Assembly (NCBI GenBank): GCA_001662655.1
Contig: KV460226.1
From: Pseudogymnoascus verrucosus
Taxonomy: Eukaryota
Reading direction: 5' to 3' (one strand)
DNA length: 64,000 nucleotides
Part shown: piece by piece, positions 37,866 to 49,941 of the stretch
Position numbering within the stretch: position 1 is the stretch's first letter
How the letters are laid out: every line of letters starts with the position of its first letter
Made by a program: the position numbers and the translations under genes
The notes under the pieces: generated by a model
What the model saw: the letters and a program-made list of their open reading frames with translations, nothing else
What the model was told of the DNA's origin: nothing
The model's database searches: none

Positions 37866-39263
37866 ATGACTTCCCAACAGCCTGGCATCTCCGCGCGGAA
37901 GTTCGGCCGGTCTTTCGAATGCTTTGATTCCCTATCATCAGCGAGCGTGGGCAATCGAGAGCTCGGAAAGGTCAAGATAGACTGTCGATTCCGTCTATCG
38001 AAATCGAAATGGGGTGTGTTGGGAAACGCAGAACGGTCCGCTGGAATTCTCTACATGGATCTCTGCTTTGATCAACCAAAGGACTGCAGGCTATCTAGCG
38101 CAACGGTTTTATTGACGTTAGATCATGAGGTTAATGACATAGATAGGTATCGGAGACCAGATCCTGTGTCCATTTCTCGGGCAAACTCGCTTCAGATGAC
38201 CAATTATTTCGGACCAAGGCAGCTAAGCGGCAAGCAAACGACCGTGAATATGAAGTCTACTTACCGCCTCACCCCCGAGGTCAATGTCATGGGCACTGGT
38301 CTGGGAGGATTAGGGAAAGATGTTGAGACTAAGCGGGAAGTCACCAGTAGGTGGACCTTCACCGGACAGCTTCAGCCAGGCAAGACTGCAGCCTACCGAA
38401 CTCTGAAGTGGGAACTGAGCGAAAACGAGTTGGACCTCCAATCGCTACATAGTAGTACCATCCACACGGGATTTACATTTGAGCATGATCAGAAACCATG
38501 CTACCTTCGCGTTGAAATCACAGGCAAACTGCGGGGAGTGCGGCACCGTATAAAGGAGAACCTGAAGTTCCCTCCAAAGCGATCAAAAAACCAGGGCGAG
38601 ACCGTCGTTAAGATGGATCTTGGTCCACAGCACAAGTTCAACACTCGCCTTGACTCGTTAGCAGATGGCTTAGCGATGGCAATGGAAATGGAGAATTACG
38701 AGAAAATTCCAGTTGAGATGCCCGAAGCTATACCGGCGTTCTTCCAGGAAGTCCGCAATCAGCAAAGTCAGCTAGCAGCGACTTCCAATCCAGCGCCACC
38801 CCCTTCGTCGGAAGAGGCAATAATAGGTCGGATCGATCTTACTCCAGCGCAACCGCCAATGCTCACCGCACCAGTCGCCGAAGACCCCCTCATTGAAGAG
38901 CTCGCTAGGGCGCATTTGTCCTTCCCTCTTCCAGCCCAGATCCGGCGGAGGGCTCCCAAGAGTATGTCCTCAAGTTCGACGGTGACACTAGTAGGAGTGG
39001 AGGAGCGGGATGAGGAGATATCTGCAGCGTTAAAAGGCGCGCAAAACGGGGTACCTGAGGTACAGAAAGAATTCAACGAGGTTGGACAAGCTATACACGC
39101 TGTGCAGGATCTCGTGAAGACAGAAAAGGAAGAAGTTGATGCTGCTCTAGAAACGTTTATGCGACTTTCACAATCCCCTGCACTTCTGTTTCTTATTCAT
39201 GTATTTGCTAGCTTCTTGGATTTGTTTGCAAAGAAGCAAGCGTCTGTTAAAAAGAAATTTTAA
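37866..39263 (+). CDS. Hypothetical protein, intronless; beta-rich N-terminal domain, Pro-rich linker, hydrophobic C-terminal helix
   Basis: 486-codon open frame; first ATG at 37866; divergent from the 34-37.5 kb gene. Confidence 0.8.
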   Translation: MTSQQPGISARKFGRSFECFDSLSSASVGNRELGKVKIDCRFRLSKSKWGVLGNAERSAGILYMDLCFDQPKDCRLSSATVLLTLDHEVNDIDRYRRPDPVSISRANSLQMTNYFGPRQLSGKQTTVNMKSTYRLTPEVNVMGTGLGGLGKDVETKREVTSRWTFTGQLQPGKTAAYRTLKWELSENELDLQSLHSSTIHTGFTFEHDQKPCYLRVEITGKLRGVRHRIKENLKFPPKRSKNQGETVVKMDLGPQHKFNTRLDSLADGLAMAMEMENYEKIPVEMPEAIPAFFQEVRNQQSQLAATSNPAPPPSSEEAIIGRIDLTPAQPPMLTAPVAEDPLIEELARAHLSFPLPAQIRRRAPKSMSSSSTVTLVGVEERDEEISAALKGAQNGVPEVQKEFNEVGQAIHAVQDLVKTEKEEVDAALETFMRLSQSPALLFLIHVFASFLDLFAKKQASVKKKF

Positions 39264-39786
39264 ATTGGGTAACTGCTCAACTTCAAAAATATTCTTTTGG
39301 CAGGACTAGGGCTGGTGGTTTTGTTAATGATATCTATACCCTTATCATTTCTTTGGTTTATAGCTACTGTTTGTAATATATTGATTTTAGCACTCGTCCC
39401 GTTTTTCTGCTCTCCTGGGGGGAGGAGTTGGTTGTCTTATGACAGAAGATACTATTATTATTAGGGGTGCAAAATGACATAAACTAGAAGCCGTGATGAT
39501 TGTTTTGAATTAAACGGTGCAGACTGAATAGTACAGTGAGAATCAGATCCCCCGCAGATCAAACCTCCAAGAAACCATCAAAGAACTCCACCCTCCCAAA
39601 CCTCCAGTAGGCCACAACCTCAAACTCCAATAAACCTTTCGTAAATCGACTCTGTACCAACATGTGGTTCAACAGGAGCCACTCTGCCAACCTAAGCGAC
39701 AATGTCCCAATTCCAGCTCTCCCACCCTCATAGCAGCTCGGATACCACCCCGTAGACAAAATCGCGGCGTCTTTCCCTATTCACCC

Positions 39787-40543
39787 TCACATAACTCCAA
39801 TCTGCACCGCTTGCACCGTCTGCACATCACCCACCCCACTCCTCCTCCCCACCCCCTCCTCACTCCTCCTCCCCTCCACATCTCCCACCCTCCCCCTCCT
39901 CCTCCACCTCCCCAACACCCCCCCACTCCCACCACCCCTCCCTCTCTCTCCACCCACCCCCGGCCTCCTCACCCCCTTACAAGGACACCTAAACCCATCC
40001 ACCTGCACCCAATTCGCGAATTTCTCGCAACTCCCACAGAACAGCGTCTCCGCGGGCATCCAATCCCTGATATGGAAGTGCAGCGCGCATTCCTGGGAGC
40101 AGGAGTGTGGACACAAAGGGGGTGGGCCGGGGAATCGCTTGTGTTGGAGGATTGAGGTGCGCCAGCGGATGATGGCGTGTTCGAAGGCGGGGGAGCCGAG
40201 GGCGGCGTGGCGGAGGGTGGAGATTGGGCAGGGGGTTGTGAGGGGGATGGGGCCGGGGTTGAGGGAGGAGTTGATGATGTAGAGGCGGGGTCTAAAAAGG
40301 GGGTTAGTTGGGGGTTGGTGGGGTGGGGCTGAGAGGAGGGAGGGAGACTGACGAGGAGAGAGACAGGCAGGAAGCGTCGATGAGCTCAAGGTTGGTGAAG
40401 ATCTGGATTAAAATCTCGGTAGGTAGAGTGTCGAGAGAGTGTTTCGGCGGGCATGGAGGTGGTTCAGGGGATTGGCTCGAGCCTTGCTGGCGCGTGAGGA
40501 GGGTTTTGAGGTGCCCTAGGGACATACGGCGGCGTTCCTCCAT
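39787..40543 (-). CDS. F-box protein with Cys/His-rich C-terminal domain; 1 intron
   Basis: LDTLPTEILIQIFTNLELIDASCLSL; CPHSCSQECALHFHIRDWMP..CGSC. Confidence 0.8.
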
Positions 40544-41695
40544 TGTTTCCGAGGGATCGCGTGAGGAAGACGATGAGCGGCGACGATGCTCAGTGGGGAG
40601 GGTCAAGTGTGACCAGAGGGGTGTATAGAGGTTTCCGATATATCTCATGTAGGCCAGCTATTTCGATGACAACAAAATCGACAACGATGGAGGAGAAAAG
40701 GGCGCCATAGCAGCTCCCAAGAACTGGGCATAGCTATTATATAAGTCAACTGACTGCAGATCGACGACTGAGGAAGCCCCGGCCGAGAGGCCAAGCGGCC
40801 GCCAAAGCAAGGCTGATTGAAATGTGAGAAGCGGGGGACGTGGTCTGTGCGTCCATTTATCAGAATGCTTGTTTCTGCTGATGCGGGTACGAATTCGTGA
40901 TGCAAGTGCCGGGAGAGATTTATCCGGACCGGGGAGGATGGGAGTTAGTGCTCGTACCTGGCTTCATTTACTTTAGTAAGGCAGTTGTATGTAGGTTATA
41001 ACTGATGTGATGAAGTTTCTGTTCTTAGAATGCCATATATCACCACTTCAGGTCAAAATATCCGGGCCGCCATCCCGGAGACAGCACGTTTTTCTCAGGC
41101 TTATCAATGCCAACACTTCCACTAACCAGCCGGAATCTCTCCCCGTCCCGACCTTCTGCCGAACTTTCGCCGGAGAAAGAGCCTGTTTCTCTTCGGCGAG
41201 CTGGTTTGGGATCAGTGTGATGGGCGTGGCGGATTAATAAGGTGGATGTTGTAGAGATCGACGGTGCCTCTGGTGCGTGTGATGGTGGATCCTAGAAAAA
41301 ATGCAGTGGGTTGAAGCCCGCGACTCCGCGGTTTTCAACTCTATCCGTGACGGTGGGTGGCCTTGTCGAGCATTCAAAGGACTTGAAAGGCTTGAAAGGA
41401 GCCGCGGCATTTGACCTGTGCATCCGGGCGTGGTCAGAAGGGCGCGTCCTTCTTACTCATTGAAGAATATAGCAAAGATAAGCAGAATATGAGCCAACTT
41501 CACCAGAACCTGATTTGAAAGCGTATTATTCATTAAGTGCCCACGCGAGATAAGTGTGGTTCTGCACATGACGCGCTATATGAATACACATACCCATACA
41601 TACATACACCAGTCCTAATCATCATTAGGGGACTGGTTGATCTTCGAGTCACCAACGCCGTCCATATGCAACTCCAACGCCTCGATATCCCGTTG

Positions 41696-41766
41696 AATCA
41701 TAAGGCTCCCCTTAAACCATAAGACTCCCCTTAAATCATAAGGCTCCCCTTAAATCACAAGGCCCC
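41696..41766. repeat. 19-bp tandem repeat (aatcataaggctcccctta), about 3.7 copies
   Basis: Directly visible units. Confidence 0.85.
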
Positions 41767-41908
41767 TCTGCTTCCCCAGAACAACTCCCCCAAATAACCC
41801 GCGGACTCCTTTATACCTCCCCTCTCGCCTAAATCCGTCTCTTCCATAACCATCATAACCCTTCTCTCATAAACTCCATTTCGATCATCATCATTCATAC
41901 ACCCCCTC

Positions 41909-42547
41909 TCAAAGCTTACTAGCCTCCACCGCCGGCTCCTCAATATTCGGCAACCAATGCCTCCCACACATCATCGGTTTCGGCGGGTTACTCCTAAAAC
42001 ACCAATCCTCCACGCCCTCCTTCGCCTTCAACCCAAACACGCCCCTAACAGCGCAATACTCGTACCTCCCCGGCATGAACTCGCGAATATGCATGTGTAG
42101 CTCACAGCGATAGATGCCGCAGTACCTGCACGCCGTGACGGGGCCGAGAACCTCCCACGCCCTCTCGAGCGTGTTGGGGCCGCGACGGCGCTGGTTCAGG
42201 GGGACGCGCACGCGGTGGGTGGTGCGGTAGGCGGTGTAGAAGTGGCGCGAGGTGAGGCCGAGACAGGTGCTGTCGATGGGGTCGAGGGAGGAGAAGATGA
42301 GCAGGTGGAGTTCGGTGGGGAGGGAGGTGAGGGAGGTTGTGGGTGCGGCGGTGGGTGTCTCGACGGGGGTGAGAGCAGCGGCTAAGCTGGGGATGTGAAC
42401 TGGCGCATGCGGCAGGTCGATCGTGGCGTCGTAGTGGGCGCGCATGGTGGCATCGATGGCGCCGCCTGGGTATAAGGCGAGAGTGGGGGGGTCAACGGCG
42501 GAAGTGTGCATCGCGTGGGTGGTGGTAAGGACCTCGGCGGTGGCCAT
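41909..42547 (-). CDS. F-box protein with Cys/His-rich C-terminal domain
   Basis: LTSLPTELHLLIFSSLDPIDSTCLGLT; CRYCGIYRCELHMHIREFMP..C. Confidence 0.85.
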   Translation of the reverse strand: MATAEVLTTTHAMHTSAVDPPTLALYPGGAIDATMRAHYDATIDLPHAPVHIPSLAAALTPVETPTAAPTTSLTSLPTELHLLIFSSLDPIDSTCLGLTSRHFYTAYRTTHRVRVPLNQRRRGPNTLERAWEVLGPVTACRYCGIYRCELHMHIREFMPGRYEYCAVRGVFGLKAKEGVEDWCFRSNPPKPMMCGRHWLPNIEEPAVEASKL

Positions 42548-44602
42548 TTTTATAGCTGCACTCGTCTTTCGCTTGGGGGGCGTTCGGGTGGGACGGCTGT
42601 GATGACTGTTAGAATGGTACGATTTTTTAAGGGACGGCGGTGAGGTGTCATAGGGGACTTACCGAGTCCGGGAATCGACTCACGACGAAACACGACGGGC
42701 GAGGGCACGATGGTGCGGGGAGGTTGTGTTGGGTTCGAGTGCGTTTCGTGGCGCGACGAGGTGAGGGCGACGGTGTGAGAAGATGGCTCTCGAGATTTCC
42801 ACAGTGGCGAGCAAGATTTGCGCGGTCCGTTTGATTGAAGCGAGTAAACGAGTGTGAGCTGAGATTGGCGACCTCTTTGGACTCGAGGTTGTAGTTGTTG
42901 TTCGTTGCAAAAGGAAGAGAGTGTGATGTGAGTAAGAAAGAAATAGGATCGGCTTTGGGGGTGAATTTGTCGACGCCTCCTGTTGTTGCCGCGGCACAGG
43001 AGAAGGAGGGCCACACACCACACCAATAACAAGGCTGAGCGTTTCCGCCTTTTCACTTAGTTGGACCCGGACCCAGGGCGGTCAACCCGGGACTGGGTGG
43101 GTGGACGGGAAGGGAAGGTTGTATGTGGGCTTGTTTAGAGGCTGTATGGGCTGTAGGGGTTGTAGGGACTGTAACTCGAGTGGGCAGTTAGTTTGGACAG
43201 TTTGAGACTGAAAGGATGAAGATTTTCAAGATTTTCAAGATTTTTTACTGTACGTACCGGCCGACAGCCTCGTGGAAGACGGTGAAGATGCAGAACGAGG
43301 ATTTCCCGCATCCCCGGACGGTGGCGGTGGAGCGATTGAGTGGATGGATGTGGGGTCACGGGGTCGTCATTTCTAAGTTTGTCGTGGGGCTAGCATGAGT
43401 AGTAGTGCAGTTTAACATGCGAAAGGGGGAATGATATGCCATTTATAGTTGGCTGAGTTGTACTAAGTTGGAAGTAATGTTACAAACTTACAGACCCCTT
43501 TTTTAACATGTGTGTGATCGTGATCTGTTAGACTAGTTTGTTAGAATACAGACTGTTGTAACCCGACCCGACTCCGTACACTCCGACCCGTGTCAGCTTT
43601 CAATATCAGTATTTAGAGTATCACACATCTCGGTATGCCCAGTGCGTACAGCATCACAGATCAAATTCCAGACTGGTCTAGATTGGACGGGGGGCCTAGA
43701 GTTACATGCCGACATGCTACGTATTCCTTAGCAGGCGTACTATAAACAGGCCATAGACAGCTATAGACGTGGCGAGTTCTAATTCCGTGCAGGATCACTA
43801 TCTCCACCCCTGCTGTCAGGGATGTGTACTTCAAGAATCCTACACACCACTTTGTAATTGTGCTGTATGTACAAGTACTAAATCTACTAAATCTACTAAA
43901 TATGCATGATAGAGGGGCGTGGGGTGTGCCGAAAGCCAGCTGCGGGTTACGGCGATGCCGGATACAAGAGTGCATAAGGAGCTTTGACTTCCGAGGTTCG
44001 TATCACTGTAGTGATACACCAGACCGATACACGTGACTGACATATGGTTTTGCATCTGTTGAAAGAAATCGGACTTTCCTAAGAAATACAGTGTCGTTTT
44101 TACTCCCAAAATGACAGGTCTTTCTCGAGGAGTTGTCCGGGGAGCTGGATAAGTCCCCCGGTTGGCTTGGCGGGTGATGCGGCGTGCATGCAAGGCCGCT
44201 ACCCGCTCACTAAGTTCAGTCACAACTAAATTCCAGAAGCCTTCAGCCAGTTGGGGTTTCAGCGCTTCCCCTGAGGCCTACAAATAATGTACATAGACCC
44301 GTAGATAATGTAGAAATCTTATTAATTCTATTATCCTATATACTGTACTCTACTGTAAGACTTCCGTTCCGTTGTGTTGAGAGAGCGATTAAGTGAGCCG
44401 GAGGTTCTCACATGGTAGCATCATTGCGAGCTTCCAATACTCACCTGAATAGCCTCAGCCGTTGTTGCTTATTAGTATTCATGACTTCCACAGGAGTAAA
44501 AAAACGGAACAGCCAGTTCTTTGCAACCGTCCTGATCCAAGATGAGGGCGAGCCAGAGCAGGATGTCGCGGACGCAGGAAGGTCTGATGCCCATCTGCCC
44601 AT

Positions 44603-45588
44603 CATGTCCGCGCCACAGAGCGACGACACCTCTCCAGCTATTATGGGCTTCCTTCAGTACCTATCACCTAGCGAAAGTTGAAACATCTTCCCCGTGAGTA
44701 CAGGTGGCAGCACTGGCATTGCTCCTGCCCAGATCCACCCGCACCCTCTAGCGGACCGGACAAGGGATAAGGAGAAAGGGCGTATGGAGGGCAGTGGTTA
44801 TGTGTCCCTTTATAGCAACAGTCTGCCTGGTTACGTGCCGTATCGGAGCTCTCCCCTGAGTACAGAAATAACCCAGTTCCAGCCACAGCCTCAGGAGGGT
44901 CGGGCAAGGGATAAGGGGAAAGGGCGCATGGATGACGTGCCGCCTCAGAGCGACAGCCTCCTTGACGCGCCACAAGCCCGGGAACCCACGAGCCTCGGAA
45001 GATTTCTCGTCCGTATGTGTAGCAAGGAAAACCGCGAGAGGCCAGGGAAGACAATCAGTGCCATGCGGAGAGTACCAGACGGTACGTTACCTCGTTCATC
45101 TACCATGGCCCAGCCCGGACGATCCTATTGTCCAGCGTGAGATCCTGCACTTATGTCGGTTGAAGAAGAACATAGTACAGGTCGAGGTGATGCTGCGCAC
45201 AGCACACCTGAGCGTACAAGATCAGAAGCCGGCAATTCTGCACGCTCTTGGGGGGATTGATGGTGCGCTGAACGAGAATCCGTATGAGGGCACGTGGAGG
45301 AAGTATCGGCATCATATAAAACTCATTGACCTCCTGTCTGACCCTGGTGCGATTGGGGGTAACTTGACTGCGCTGGCTATTCTCATTCCAGCGGGGTTCA
45401 GCTGGATCGAGGGGCACGAGACGTCGCTGGCGACGGGCGACTCGATGCAGGCTACTGTGGCGGGGGTGATGGAGAGGGTGCCGGAGCTTCGTCAGCTTAG
45501 TCTTGAGCTGATTCCGTATGGAGTCTGGTTGATGGGGGAGTCGGAAGGGCCTCCGCCTTCACTATTGAAGGGTGTAGAGGTGTTTTAG
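44603..45588 (+). other. Orphan coding-like segment split over several frames (possible pseudogene)
   Basis: Protein-like ORFs 44694-45140 and 44932-45588 overlap out of frame with no clear intron between them. Confidence 0.4.
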
Positions 45589-45992
45589 GGGGTGTTTGGA
45601 TTAGTAGTTTTGAGTATTTGCATCGGCAGTTTGAGTATTTGTATGAGCAGTTATGTGGTGGTGATGATTTAGACTAGACTTTATATACCAAATTTGCAGT
45701 AGAATGTCATGCAGAGTACGGCCATACATAGAGTCTGACGTTCAACATATCATATCCCTAAGGCTAGTCAGTTCCACTTCCCTGCATTGCATTTTAAGAA
45801 GTAGGGTCCAGTGTGGGCACATAGTCGTCGTTCACCGCTCGTAAACTGCCATTTTTCATATACAAATGCCATGCTGGTATGCTTCTCCATGTTCTCATTC
45901 TCCATGCTCATGCTCCAACTTTCACTCCCCATCTGCCATTTCCCCGCTCTCTCGCCCTCCACACCCTCACCATCCACCTTCCCCTTCTTCAC

Positions 45993-46768
45993 CTACAACC
46001 CAACCCAAATAACACTAATCACCACATCCAGCCCCCTCCCCCCCTCAAACTTAAAACTCCACATCCCATCCGTAGCCTCATTCCAATAAGCCCCCGTCGC
46101 GCTATGCATTCCCCTCCTCCCCGCCTGCTCCGCTGTTGCTCCTCCTGCCTTCTCCTCTCCGTCTTCCTTCTTGACGCTGGATGACTTTCCGAGCGCGGTG
46201 GTGGGCACGAGGTGCTGGATGATGGTGCTGTTGATGGCGAATTTGAAGGCGGGTTGCGTGGCGGGGGGGGTGGTGGATTCGGAGATTAGGGATTTGAGGA
46301 TTGCGTTCTGGGAGGGTGGTAAGGGGTTAGCTGGGTGTCTTTGGTCTGGGGTGAGGGGGTAGGGGGTGAGGGAGGGGGGGAAAGGAAGGGTAAGAAAGGA
46401 GGCAAGGGGGACGTACGATGATGGAGTTGTTCCACTGTGCGGTCTTTGGGTGGTCGTAGAATTCTGCGCCTTCGAGGGCGGAGGTGCAGGCCTGTGTTGT
46501 GTTAGTTGGTTGGTCTGTGGATGTTTTCCCTTCCTCTGGCCATTCATTCAATCGTTCACTCAATCGTTCGTTCATTCGTTCGCTCGCTCGCTAGCGGGGA
46601 GTAGATTGAAAACATACATCAGTAGCAATCTGCTTCAAACGCGTAGTACTAATCGGCTTCACACAGTTAGCATCAACCATCACCATCATCCAGAAGCCTC
46701 ATTCAACTCACCGGCGTCGCCTTCCCCGCCTCAGCCTTCACAGGCGTAACTGGTGCAGCAGTCGACAT
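45993..46768 (-). CDS. Dynein light chain Tctex-1 family, 4 exons
   Basis: WNNSII/NAILKSL; FKFAINSTIIQ; RRGMHSATGAYWNEATDGMWSFK. Confidence 0.9.
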
Positions 46769-46955
46769 ATCTACTGCTCGTGTTTGTATGTGTATGTATG
46801 TAGGGGTTCTCGATCTATCAATCGTGCGTAGTTGAGACAAGTTAATAATGCGGCTCAGCTTGTCACAATCAATCGAACCCGCTAATTGTCCAATGCACAC
46901 ATACACCGTGTTTACACCCACCGCTCACGCGCCCCAGCAACGGGTCTGTGCTTAC

Positions 46956-47096
46956 CACGTGATCCCGACAGAACACATGCGGCGGATATTTAGGCACAGC
47001 CACAATTCAGAGTCGTCCCATATATGAGACAAGCGCCACAGCCAATCCAGTCGCAACGCCAAGCGAACCAGTCGGGAGCGTTAACGAACACACGTG
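46956..47096. promoter_or_regulatory. Two CACGTG E-boxes (46956-46961, 47091-47096), putative PHO-regulon bHLH sites
   Basis: Upstream of VTC1, a known PHO-regulated gene. Confidence 0.55.
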
Positions 47097-47609
47097 TAGA
47101 TGTGGTTACCGGATTGGGGTAGCTGTGTTTTTCCCTTGGGCCAGACAGAGAGGAGCCAGAGCGAGAAGCAGGGCGATGCTGGGAAGAGGATAGCCGCGAA
47201 ACATCTTTCGTGTGTTCCCCCACCTTCTTGTCTTTGAAGTTCTTCTTTCTGTCTGTCTCTGTGTTACGCATATCATTGAGGGTTCTGTATAGTTTGGAGA
47301 TATTCTTGGGACTTTTTGGGAATTGGCAGTCATTGGCATCGATTGCTAGAGAGAGAGCTCCGAGGTATCGACGGGAGTGACGACAGCTTGACGACAGAGG
47401 TTGAGACGACGACGAAGAAGCTTGACGGCGAGTCATTGAGGTTCTGCACATCTCGATTGCATATGCCAATTGCACATATCAACACACATACATACATCTG
47501 AAGTTCTACACCAGCTCGGCCAGCGCATCCAGCTCATCAATCCTCCTCAACCTCACACCACAACCACAAACCACACACCTACCACTACACACCCCAACAA
47601 CCACCCACC

Positions 47610-48002
47610 ATGTCCACGCAACCACTCCTCCAATCCGCCCCCGGCAAACGCATCGCTCTCCCCACCCGCATCGAGCCCAAAGTCTTCTTCGCCAACGAGC
47701 GCACCTTCCTCTCCTGGCTCAACTCAACCATCATCCTCGGCGCCCTCGCGCTCGGGATGTTAAACTTCGGCGACCGCCCCGCCTTCATCTCCGCGTTCTT
47801 GTTCACGGGGATCAGTATCGCGACGATGATTTATGCGTTGATTACGTATCATTGGAGGGCGAGGAGTATTAGGAGGAGGGGGCAGGCGGGGTTTGATGAT
47901 CGGTTCGGTCCGAGTGTGTTGGCGGTTGTGTTGGTGGTGGCGGTGGGGGTGAATTTTGTGTTGAGGATTGGGTATGGGGGGAAGAAGGATGGGAAGAACT
48001 GA
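47610..48002 (+). CDS. VTC1: Vacuolar transporter chaperone 1
   Basis: [18 protein letters not shown]; 3 TM segments; FDDRFGP. Confidence 0.96.
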   Translation: MSTQPLLQSAPGKRIALPTRIEPKVFFANERTFLSWLNSTIILGALALGMLNFGDRPAFISAFLFTGISIATMIYALITYHWRARSIRRRGQAGFDDRFGPSVLAVVLVVAVGVNFVLRIGYGGKKDGKN

Positions 48003-48704
48003 GGAGGGGGAGATGGGGGTAGATATGGAGGTCTGACGGTGGTACAAAGTTGTGGTGGTGTACAAACGAGCGGGGTGTACAGACAGTAGCATGGTGGCAC
48101 GGTGATACAACGGCGGAAGTGGCGACACGAAGCGGGAGATGGGCGGGTGTACAGAACGAAACAGAACACAGCGGCGTTTCTAGACGCGCGTGAGTGTGCA
48201 GGGCGATTGGGGGGGGAGGGGGATTTCATGGGGAGGGATTTCAGTTTATGTCGATGTTGTGTTGGCGTATGGTCGGGGGGTATATAAGCATGGATGAATG
48301 GATGGGGGGGTTGGTAGATGGGATGGCGAAATTAAATTGAATTGTGGTTGACAATGGATGGTGTTTATTTTGTGTGATGTGTGGACTGCTTGCTATAGGC
48401 TCTAGGTGCATTGTGTGGTTGCAAGGTGATGGGGTATTAGGCTCTAATGTATATATATCCTCCTCCATCTGCTGTGTATTCATATCATACCCTCCCTCTT
48501 GGCACCATATTACACCCTCCCTCTCAGTACCATATTATATCCTCCCTCAGTATCCGTCTGTGTGCTGCGTATATCTTCTGGGGATGCAGTACATCCATAT
48601 ACCATCTTCCCACAGAATCCACCGATCTTTCCTCTCCTCGTCTCATCCAGGTTATCACCTCTGGTATATATATTCCGCCACTCGATCTTCCCACCAGTCG
48701 TCAT

Positions 48705-49574
48705 TCACCTCTTTGAATTCGTCTGCTCCCTACACGCCAGCAAGTCAGCATATCTCTCTCTCAATCTATCGCCCCCCATCGACTCCGCACAGAAGAAAGA
48801 AGGGGAAAAAGAGAAGGAAGAAACTCACCCATAAGCCTCCCTCAACGCCTCCACCCTAACCCTCGACAAATAAACCGTCATAACAGGCACACTCCTCACC
48901 TTCTCCGTCCCCTCAATCGCCCTCTCAATCCTCGTCTTCATCTTCTCAAACCCCTCATCTTCCATTTCCACATCCCCATCCCCCCCCTTCGCTTCCCCTC
49001 CATCCCCCTCCCCCTCACCCCCCCCATCTCGTGGCACCCCAGCAAACCCCTCCCCAAGCCCATTATACTGAAACCACACCCCCCCCTCCCCCTCCAACTC
49101 CCTCTTCACAACCTCCACCACACTAACCAGCTTCCCCGCACTCTTCGCTTTCGCCCACGCTATCACGATAACGGGTTTCGCTGCGGGGGCGGAGAAGGAG
49201 AAGGACTTTAGTTGCGTGAGGAGGGTGGTGATTTTGGTGTGCATTTTGGTGGAGGTGAGGATTTGGGTTGTGTGCAGGGTGTGGGTTGTGGGGGTGAGGG
49301 AGGGGTGGAGGTGCGGTGTTGTTGGTGTGGTGGTGGGGGGGGGGATGGGCGTGGTGGTGGCGGGCGGGGAGGGTCGGGGTTTTTTGGCGGGGGGGGGGAT
49401 GAGGGTGTCGTGTGGGTTTGGGCGTTTGGAGGTTGTTGTGATGGGGAGTTTCATGGTGGTTGGTTGTGTGGTGGGTTGTTTCGGTGCGGATGGTTTTGTG
49501 GGAGGTTTTGCGGCTGGGCGGTGGGTGGTTTGTTTGCCGTGGGCCTTTTTTGGTTTGGATGCGGCGGAGGGCAT
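48705..49574 (-). CDS. Alba-like DNA/RNA-binding domain protein; short last exon (EQTNSKR*)
   Basis: AGKLVSVVEVVKRE..WFQYN; VPVMTVYLSR..L..AYG/EQT. Confidence 0.75.
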
Positions 49575-49941
49575 GGTTGTGGATGTGGTGAGGTTGAGTG
49601 GTTGTTATGAGGTCTGTGGAGGTTGTGGTGAGGTCGTATGGTGAGGTAGACGTGGTAGCCTGGTCGTCTTGTGGGGTTTGCTGTCGAGGCTGTGATTTTG
49701 AAGTCGAGGCTGCGATAAACGTGAGTTGACCGTAGAGAGGTTGCTGATCGGGATTGCGGGTGGTTATATAGCTTCTAGCGTTCAAGCAAGAACTATTCGA
49801 TCTGTGAGTGTATTTAACAACAGCTCCTCATCCCTCTCGGCGACAACTCGATACGTCAAGTCCCTCTCAGCTGCCAGTCGAAGTTCCTGGAGTAGTCGCT
49901 CGAGTTGTGTCTCTGGACTTACTATTTCGATCGGTTGATTG

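Noticed and set aside
18438..39263. An intact Starship or a complete biosynthetic gene cluster
   Set aside because: No DUF3435 captain, transposase, paired boundaries or backbone synthase is visible; only remnants are claimed
44148..44162. AAGTCCCC as the RNase MRP CR-I motif
   Set aside because: No matching CR-V/P4 partner strand found
45598..45609. GGATTAGTAGTT as the missing 3' half of the 5S gene
   Set aside because: Only 12 nt, and on the wrong strand and wrong side of the 5' fragment
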